Below are positions 1-10,986 of a stretch of DNA of 33,228 nucleotides, one piece after another. The translations under genes were made by a program, and so were the position numbers. Every line of letters begins with the position of its first letter. The stretch's first letter is position 1. Source of the stretch: Saprolegnia diclina VS20. Taxonomy: Eukaryota. The DNA lies in the NCBI RefSeq assembly GCF_000281045.1, contig NW_008246092.1, positions 99,084 through 132,311 on the forward strand. Direction: 5' to 3'. Below the pieces are notes generated by a model. It saw nothing but the letters and a program-made list of their open reading frames with translations. It searched no databases and was not told where the DNA came from.

Positions 1-36
1 AGGGATGTAGTAGTATAGACTCAATTGAAAAGTGGT

Positions 37-696
37 TTATTCGGCCGTGAACTTTTGGACGTTCTCCAAGAACGTGACGTACTCCTTCTGCTCCTTGAGG
101 TCAGCGTACTCCATGATAAAGTTGGCCAAGTCGTCGTTGATGTGGCGGTCGTTGAGGTAGTCGGCGAAGGCTTCCTGCACGTCGTTTTCGAGGTCGATGA
201 AGCGCGGGCCATGGTACGCCGAGTTGTCGACTTCATCGGCGTTCTCCTCCAGGTGCATGACGCTGTCGATCGTCAAGATGGAGCTCGCGACGCAGTCAAA
301 GATGAGCGCTTCGTTGTTCTTGACGATGCGCGCCGTGAAGCGGATGCTCGGCAAGACGTCGTCTTCCTCGTCGCCTTCGTAGTCGCCCTCGGCCTCCTCT
401 TCCTCGTCCTCGTACTCGCCAGCCTCGGGCTCAGCCACGTCCTGCACGTTGAAGTTGATGTCGATGATCTCGTTGGCGGTCTTGCTCTTGAGCGTGATGC
501 CCACGTTGCCCGGCGTATCAGTGATCTTGAAGTGCTTGAGCACCTTCTCGCGCAGCGTCTCGAGCTCTTCGCCGACAAAGCAGTTGGCCTTCTCCTCCGC
601 GAGCTCGCGCGCGAGGAGCGACGAGAGGTCCGATGAGAAGGCGCGGACAGGCATGGCCGTGCGGAGGGCGCGGAGCGACGAGAGGCGAGAGAGCAT
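37..696 (-). CDS. MAM33: Mitochondrial acidic matrix glycoprotein, MAM33/p32/C1QBP family (219 aa, intronless)
   Basis: ATG at 696 gives an Arg/Ser/Leu-rich presequence (MLSRLSSLRALRTAMPVRAFSS), an acidic loop, and the C-terminal family signature YHGPRFIDLENDVQEAFADYLNDRHINDDLANFIMEYADLKEQKEYVTFL. The longer ORF start at 936 runs through promoter sequence. Confidence 0.9.
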   Translation of the reverse strand: MLSRLSSLRALRTAMPVRAFSSDLSSLLARELAEEKANCFVGEELETLREKVLKHFKITDTPGNVGITLKSKTANEIIDINFNVQDVAEPEAGEYEDEEEEAEGDYEGDEEDDVLPSIRFTARIVKNNEALIFDCVASSILTIDSVMHLEENADEVDNSAYHGPRFIDLENDVQEAFADYLNDRHINDDLANFIMEYADLKEQKEYVTFLENVQKFTAE

Positions 697-708
697 GTTG
701 ATCGGTGG

Positions 709-724
709 CGGATGCAAAATGAAA
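709..724 (-). promoter_or_regulatory. Oomycete-type initiator (INR) element upstream of MAM33
   Basis: Minus strand reads TTTCATTTTGCATCC about 15-28 nt before the ATG, resembling the oomycete core promoter consensus TCATTYYNCA. Confidence 0.6.
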
Positions 725-1120
725 GGGTGGCTCCTGCGCGCTCCGCGCCTTCGAACTTCGAGACCCCACTTGGTGTTTGTTGGGAAAGCTTCGAAGATCG
801 CCCTTTTCGAGAAAGTCCCAACGAAGTTCGAAGTGCAATGTGACCGCAGAATCGCTGAGCTTCGGCCTCCTGCGACGTCCGCGCCGCCAGCGTGATAGCC
901 ATGGGGGTCGCCATCACTGGCAACGATCGCGTGCACACCCTGCAGTGCTGCATGTGACTTGCGTAGGTAGAGGTCGAGAGCCTACTAGTAAATTTGGTTT
1001 ACAGACAAGCCACACGCCAAGTCCAACCAAGCGGTTTGTCCTCTTCATACTGCCCGTAGCATGACGACAACACTACCATACACTACTAGTAGCGAGAGCG
1101 ATTGTAGCTGGTCATGCGTA

Positions 1121-1386
1121 TCTATCTATCTTTTAATTGAATAACGACTTTTTGCGCGAAGCGCGGCACGAGCGCAGCGAGGGCACCCGGCGGCAGCCGG
1201 GGTCCGCGCGGTAGCGCGGTAGGGCCATATGCCATCCGCGCAGCGCCAATCCCGAGTGTGGCGTGTGCACTTGCGATAGTGCACGGTAGCGTGGTAGGAT
1301 ACTGTGCGCGATAGCGCAATGCACGAGTGTAGCGAGTGCATAGGGTATGGATGGGTCCTGCGCGATAGCGCAGGACCTCAATACAG
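1121..1386 (+). mobile_element. Candidate small non-autonomous Helitron-like element, hairpin-rich
   Basis: Starts A|TCTATCTATC and contains at least 7 GC-rich stem-loops. It ends with a perfect 10-bp hairpin (1354-1377) followed 9 nt later by ACAG|T (non-canonical versus CTRR|T). No coding capacity. Confidence 0.3.
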
Positions 1387-1599
1387 TACGACGCGTGGTG
1401 TTAGATCAACGTGTTCGGTCGTGATATTAGGATTGTATCTGGATGTTACGTTTGCTTTGCAGGTATCAATTGCAATTCGCGCGCCAAGCACAGAGCAGAA
1501 GACTCGGTCATTGTGGGGCCGTCAGTTTCGGGCCGAGCGCAAGTGCGAGCAGTGGAATCGCCACGCTGCATATGCCCTGCAGACATCGACCCCGATCAA

Positions 1600-1823
1600 G
1601 GAGGCCAAGGAGCTCAAGCGGAAGATCGCCACGAGGCAGAGGTGGCGGCAGCGAACCAAGGCGTTGACCTTGACCGCCACTGCACCTCCAGGGGAAGCGC
1701 GCGCGTGCAGTGGAGGCTAAGGAGCTCAAGCGGAAGATCACCGCGAGGCAGAGGCGGCGGCAGCGAACCAAGGCGTCGACCGTGACCGCCATTGCGCCTC
1801 CTGGCGAAGCGTACGCGTCCAGC
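1600..1823. repeat. Diverged tandem duplication, 2 x 112 bp
   Basis: GGAGGCCAAGGAGCTCAAGCGGAAGATC... at 1600 and GGAGGCTAAGGAGCTCAAGCGGAAGATC... at 1712 align colinearly over 112 bp with substitutions. Confidence 0.9.
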
Positions 1824-2379
1824 GGCGCCTGCCACAGTGGAAGTGCTGGGCCTTCAAATCCGAGTAGCGATTCTTTAAACCACCTCATAAACGTAAAACA
1901 TCGTGCAATGTTGATCATTCCGCGATGCTGCAGCAAGCTGTTGTGCGTGAAGCGTCCTGCTATGCAGTATTGGACCCGAGTGCCGAAACGATGCGAAGGT
2001 TGAAGCGGCTAAGAAAGAGCTCTTCCCGGCGATGGCTCTAACAATAACAACCCACATCTAAGCGAGATTGGGACGATGCAGCACCCTCACCAAACAATGG
2101 AAAATGAATTTGACGTTGTTTCCACTGGAGCTCTACAAAGAGTCCACCAGGTGCACCGTAGCACAGCGCAAGTTACACCGCAGTGTCGTTTCCGGCTGAA
2201 GGCCGGTAGCGGCCCGCTGGGCACCGCAACGAAGCAGAGGTCGCGTCCGTCGCACGCGTCCGTCACACATTCGCCGTGTGAATGCGTGTTTGCAGTAAGA
2301 AGGGCGCGTTGGACGTGCATAGTACAAGAGCCCGTAAGGGTGCAAGGCATCCACACTGCCCAAGCTACGACACAGACAC

Positions 2380-2731
2380 ACCGCTAGGTTGCACGCGGCC
2401 CCGACACCAAACTGAAATCAAAAAGCGCGCCAGGACCTGCGCAAACCTTCTCCACGAATCAAACCACTGCGCATGCTACACAGAAAGACCGCTAGATGGC
2501 CCACCGGCCCTATGTCCCACCTCGACCACAAAGACCAACCACACTCTGCCCCAATAAAACACGAGGTTTGGGGCAGGTACGTTGAAACTCAATGCACATG
2601 ACCCCGTCCACCGACGAGTCCAAACTACGTCACACGTAGTACACGATCCCACCGCTAGATTGCACGCTACCCCAATGCAAAACCTCAACCAAAAAGCTCG
2701 ACCAAAACCTGCCCCAAGAAAACACGAGGTT
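2380..2731. repeat. Three diverged ~60-80 bp direct repeat units beginning ACCGCTAG
   Basis: Units start at 2380, 2488 and 2651. Units 2 and 3 end in CTGCCCCAA(T/G)AAAACACGAGGTT (2546-2568, 2709-2731; 22/23 identical). Units 1 and 3 align over about 60 bp. Confidence 0.7.
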
Positions 2732-2795
2732 AACCCTAGTTACCACTTGTGCAATGATGATGTGCGGTCCAGCGACGCAGCCTTTGTGCAACGAG

Positions 2796-2916
2796 TCTAC
2801 GTACGCTTGGGTTGTCATCGTCATCGATACAAGGATCGCTGACGCTAGCATTCCTCTACGTACGCTTGGGTTGTCATCGTCATCGATACAAGGATCGCTG
2901 ACGCTAGCATTCCTCT
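2796..2916. repeat. Perfect tandem duplication, 2 x 59 bp plus TCT microhomology
   Basis: TCTACGTACGCTTGGGTTGTCATCGTCATCGATACAAGGATCGCTGACGCTAGCATTCC at 2796-2854 and 2855-2913, followed by TCT. Confidence 0.97.
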
Positions 2917-3202
2917 CGCACGCAGCATTCGCACTGGAGTCGCTGGCAGCTGTCGTGCTCGTGCTCGTACTCGCACCAGCGATGTGCAATGAGCACTGGA
3001 CCATGGTTGAAGCTGATAGCCTGCGGCGCAACGTCAGGTACGACCGCCAGCTATGGCCGCCCAGCTATTCATGGCACCGGCGCTCTCTTTGCCCTGGTCG
3101 TGCGTACAGGCGCTGGCGCTGTCATGGTCGCTTGCCCTCGCCACCGAGGTCGTCGCAATGCTCCGATGGTTGCTTGGACGCCTGCAAAAATCGAAAAAAG
3201 CG

Positions 3203-3219
3203 CGATTTTTGTCCAATCA
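3203..3219. promoter_or_regulatory. Extended CCAAT box upstream of the Snf2 gene
   Basis: CGATTTTTGTCCAATCA about 90 nt upstream of ATG 3311. Its reverse complement TGATTGGACAAAAATCG matches 20047-20063 at 15/17 positions. Confidence 0.6.
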
Positions 3220-3310
3220 GATGCGTCGTTTCTCCACGGCCTTAAAAGTTTGCGTGCAAGTCGGACACTTGGGTCGAGTTGGATATCGCGCGTTGGGATT
3301 TTGAACCGCG

Positions 3311-7014
<3,704 letters not shown>

Positions 7015-7071
7015 TCGAATGCTCTTTATGTCGTTGGTTGGGCGTTGGATATGGTCGCTTGGTTGGGCCAA

Positions 7072-8228
7072 CTAGGTAAAGTACCCGGCATCGACCACGT
7101 CCGTCGACGACGGCTGCATCTCGTTGAGGTTCGGGTGCGTCGTGGCGCCGGCGGCTTGAAAGATCTTGAACGTACGCTACGAACGACGAGGTAGCGTCAG
7201 ACGTCCGTGACAACTCGTACCTCGAGGTTGTCGTCGACACACATGACAGACGCGAGGTTGCCAAAGCTAGATGCAACAGGAACACATAATGTTGCAGCGA
7301 GCGAGGCGTGTGGTACCGGTAGCAGTAGTTGGGCGCTGACCAGATCGTGGAAAAGGTGTCGCGGAAGAGCACTTGGTAGCCCTCCATGCAGAGCTGGTGG
7401 GCGCGGCTGATGTGCTGGAGGTCGTTGAGGTGCAGGAACTTCTCGACAATGTCGGCGCCAAACATGTAGCCCGCGCCGCGCGGCGAGAGGTGGAAGCCGT
7501 TGCTCTTGGGCTCGGGGTCGGACCAGACCAGATCTGTTGCGTCGGATGAGCGCGGCCGCCAGACGCAGCTACGCACCCGCAAATGGACCGTCGGACGGGA
7601 TCTCCATAACGCGGTTAATCATGCGGATCTGGTCGACGTAATGGACCGCAGGGCTCAGGCCACCATGGATGGCCATGAGCTGCTTGTTGACAATCGCGCC
7701 TGGATGAGAGATCATCAGCATTGATACAGGAGGCAAGTGTACCGAGGGGAAGGTAGTCGAAGACGTCCATAAAAGCCTTGTAGACGCGCTGGTCGCCGTC
7801 GTACTTCTTACTGCACTCGGTCTGGAAGCCGTACACGGACGTTGTTTGGCGCGACTCGTGGTTGCCGCGGATGAGGAACGTCGAGTCCGGGAAGCGCACC
7901 TGCAGCCATCAGTCATGGCGAGCATGAGCTTGGAGACACATACCATGCGGACGAGGAGGAAGCTGATGGTCTCGACGCTATGGGACCCGCGGTCGACAAA
8001 ATCGCCAAGGAAGAGCATGCGCTGGCCAATGTCGAGCGACATGAGCGTGAGGAGGTCGGCAAACTGCCCGTGGATGTCGCCGCAGATCGTGATGGGCGCC
8101 GGGAGGTCCAGCAAGGTCGGCTGGTTGGCGAGGTGCTCCTTGGCCATCGCCAGCAGCCGGAGGAGGCTCGTCACGTCCAGCGGCTGCGAGTTAGCGAGCC
8201 GCTCGTACCACCGGGCGCAGTCGTTCAT
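7072..8228 (-). CDS. PP2A-family Ser/Thr phosphatase catalytic subunit, Ppg1/PP4-like; exons 8228-7944, 7899-7743, 7699-7577, 7533-7317, 7266-7221, 7176-7072; 310 aa
   Basis: GDIHG, GDFVDRG, RGNHE, HGGLSP, DLVWSDP, SPRGAG, RAHQLC and SAPNYCYR motifs. The RAHQLCxEGYQVL and GPxADLVWSDP context resembles fungal Ppg1. Spliced length is 933 nt, in frame. Confidence 0.92.
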
Positions 8229-8311
8229 CGAGGAAGACAGTGAAAATGACCCGGATCTATCCGGATAAAACAGCATGGCTTGTCCAGGTCGGTATCTTGC
8301 GAAGCGGCGCC

Positions 8312-8824
8312 ATGGACGACGACTTTGGCAGCGGGACATGGACGAGCTTGGGCGTCGGCGTCGCGATCGGTCTCGTCCTCATTAGCTTCCTCACGCTCTA
8401 TCCTGGTGAGCCATTCGAGTACACGCCGGACGCCTTGGAGCGCAACGCGGCGTCCTCGGCTACCTCGCCCGACGACGACGAGCGCTGCTTGCCAGAGAAG
8501 GCTGCAGACACGGACGAGCGCAAAGCGGCGGCTGCCCGCGTCGAGAAGATTCAGGCTCTTCTCGGCCTGCAAGACGCCGAAATTCAGTCGGCGCTGGCGG
8601 CAGCCTCGCGCGCAACACCCGCCCACCCCACAGCCGGCCGCACCAACTACATGGCGATCGCTGACAAGTGCGTGTACGCCGTCTTCTTTGGCCTCTTGCT
8701 GCTCGTCGCCGAGCGCGAATATGGCATCAACGTCGCTGCAGTGCTGAGCTACGTCTTCCCGCGCGAGGCCGCGACCGTGCACCAGCTGTGGCCGTGGACG
8801 TCGTCGGTCCACGCCGCGCCGTAG
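8312..8824 (+). CDS. Hypothetical small membrane protein (170 aa) with N-terminal and C-terminal hydrophobic segments
   Basis: GCCATGG start, GC3-rich codon usage, and hydrophobic stretches LGVGVAIGLVLISFLTLY and VYAVFFGLLLLVA. No recognised family. Confidence 0.75.
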   Translation: MDDDFGSGTWTSLGVGVAIGLVLISFLTLYPGEPFEYTPDALERNAASSATSPDDDERCLPEKAADTDERKAAAARVEKIQALLGLQDAEIQSALAAASRATPAHPTAGRTNYMAIADKCVYAVFFGLLLLVAEREYGINVAAVLSYVFPREAATVHQLWPWTSSVHAAP

Positions 8825-8862
8825 CATATTCTGTGAACATGGAATGACTATTTCTTAAACGA

Positions 8863-10282
8863 TTACACGAGTCGCTTCTCGGCAGCGCGGGCGTGGCCTT
8901 CGAGGCCTTCGATGCGCGCGAGGGCGACCGCGTCGCGGACGAGCTCCTGCGACTGCGCCGCGTCGTCAATGCGCATCCACGTACGAATGCGGAGGAACGT
9001 GTGCACCGAGAGCCCGCCCGTGTAGCGCGCCGTGCCGCCCGTGGGGAGCACGTGGTTCGGGCCGACGCCGTAGTCGCCGAGGACTTCGGCCGCGCGTGCG
9101 CCAATAAACAAGCCGCTACACCGTCGTCATGAGTCATCGTCGTCCTCCGGCAAGTGCAAGTTCCTACCCGTAGTGCACAATGCGCTTGGCAACCGCGTTG
9201 CTGTCGGTGCAAATGATCTCGACGTGCTCGGCCGCAAGGATGTTGGCAGCCTCGACAGCGGCGTCGAGGTTCGGGCAAAGGACCGCAAAGCCCTTCGCGA
9301 CACTCACGGTCGCCGTCGCGCCGGTCGGGAGCACGGCGAGCTGTGACACAATCTCTGCGTTGACGGCATCCACAACAGCCTGGGACGTCGTGACGAGGAT
9401 CGGCACCGCCGCCGTGTCGTGCTCGGCCTGCGCAAGGAGGTCGGCAGCGATCGTCGCGGCGTGCGCGAGGCCCCCCTCGTCAGCCACCACGAGGCACTCG
9501 GACGGCCCCGCGAGCATGTCAATGGCGCACTTGCCGTACACGAGCGACTTGGCTGCCGTGACCCACCTACGTCGCCGCGACACATGAGCGGACGAGGTGA
9601 AGCGCAGTCGCGCGTACTTGTTGCCGGGGCCGACGATGATGTCGCAAGGCGGGACGCCGTCAATGCCGTACGCGAGCGTAGCGATGGCTTGCGCGCCGCC
9701 CACCGCGAGAAGCGCGTCGGCGTTCGAGATGTACGCGGCGGCGAGCGTCGCGGGGGCCGGGCGCGGCGAGGCGACAATGACCGTGGCGACACCAGCCACG
9801 CGCGCCGTGACGGCCGTCATGAGCACGGACGAAGGCAGCGGGTACTAGTGTGGACGAGATGAGACAAAACATTGGTAGCAGATTCAACGTACGCGGCCAC
9901 CAGGGGCGTAGCAGCCGGCGACTTGCATGGGCGACACGTCTTGGCCAGCTTGGCCACCAGGAATGTCACGTGCAAAGCTCTGGATCGACGCGCGCTGCGC
10001 TTGGGCAAAGACTTCGATGCGCTGCTTGGTGCGCTGCAGAAGCTGCTGCTCAGCCACGGGCAGCGCGTCGAACGCTGCCTGCATCTCCTTGCGCGAGTAC
10101 AAGATAGGCGCGTTCTGCGATGGGATGTCGCCGAGGCGGAGCGCGTGGTCGCGGACCGCGTCAAGGCCGCGTGCGCGCACGTCGTTGACGATGGCGCGGG
10201 CCTGCTCGAGCGCCTGGGGTTCGACCGGGTCGTACGCAAAGGCGCGGACGTCGCTCGGGGCAATCACGCGGAGTCCACTCAT
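8863..10282 (-). CDS. hisD: Histidinol dehydrogenase (monofunctional HisD); exons 10282-9893, 9844-9618, 9566-9168, 9115-8863; 422 aa
   Basis: YAPGGRYPLPSSVLM, GGAQAIA, IVGPGNKWV, IDMLAGPSE, DLLAQAEHD, AAEH and GDYGVGPNHVLPT motifs. Three introns restore the frame (1269 nt). Confidence 0.95.
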
Positions 10283-10986
10283 CGTGATCTTCGTCTCCTT
10301 TCGGCAAAATGCAATCTGAAAAGATACGATCGCGTGGTGTTTTAATTTGCTTACAAATTACAAGTGTTTTCCGATCGTAAGAATATTATTTTCGTAGGCG
10401 GAACGTTCTTTTGGCCCTTTGAGGCAACCACATGGCGCATTCACTCGGCTTCCAACGAGCTCCCGCTCGGCGACGCGAGCGTTCGTCGACCACGCCCGCC
10501 AATGGTTGCCACCAATAGACGAGGCTGCTTGGTCAGGAGCACACCGGCGCGGTTGACTCCAACTCAGTTCGTATAGTAAGAAACTGTCTTGGGAAGCGAT
10601 GAAGGAGCGCAATGCACCGAAGATAAGTTCCTTCGGCACGGAAGCGGTCTTGCGCGAGACCGGCAAGAACGACTCGAGATCGACGATACCATTGTGGTGC
10701 TCTGCATCTGGCGGTGGCCTGATGCCGAACACCGTGTCGCTCAGGACCATTTGACTCCAAGCGCCCCGTTTAGGGGTAGGGTTCGTCACGAGCCATCGCA
10801 CAAGACTTGTCCATCATCAAGAGGCCATCTACCTGTTGTTGATCGTGCTACACTAGACGGCTATGCTCACGTGTTCCAGGAACTTCGTCTCTTGCCGTCT
10901 GTGACAAAACCATTTCAATCGAGAGTTCCCGGTAGTAGTTGGGGGAAAATGAATATTGATCGATGCAGTAATTATGAAAGAAACAC

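Noticed and set aside
25..636. Long antisense and alternate-frame ORFs over real genes (e.g. 25-636, 3391-4197, 4820-5761, 5968-7071, 11782-12711, 30522-31481)
   Set aside because: Expected shadows of GC3-biased coding sequence; no independent motifs.
982..1092. CACTA / CTACTAGTA motifs suggesting CACTA transposon ends (also 13766, 30161, 32451)
   Set aside because: No matching TIR pair with a 3-bp TSD could be identified.
2380..2916. Repeat-spacer-like pattern suggesting a CRISPR array
   Set aside because: Units are long, diverged and irregularly spaced; the context is eukaryotic and has no cas genes.
10769..10783. TTTAGGG-GTAGGG-TT telomere-like motif (also TAACCCTA at 2731)
   Set aside because: Only one or two imperfect units; compatible with chance.
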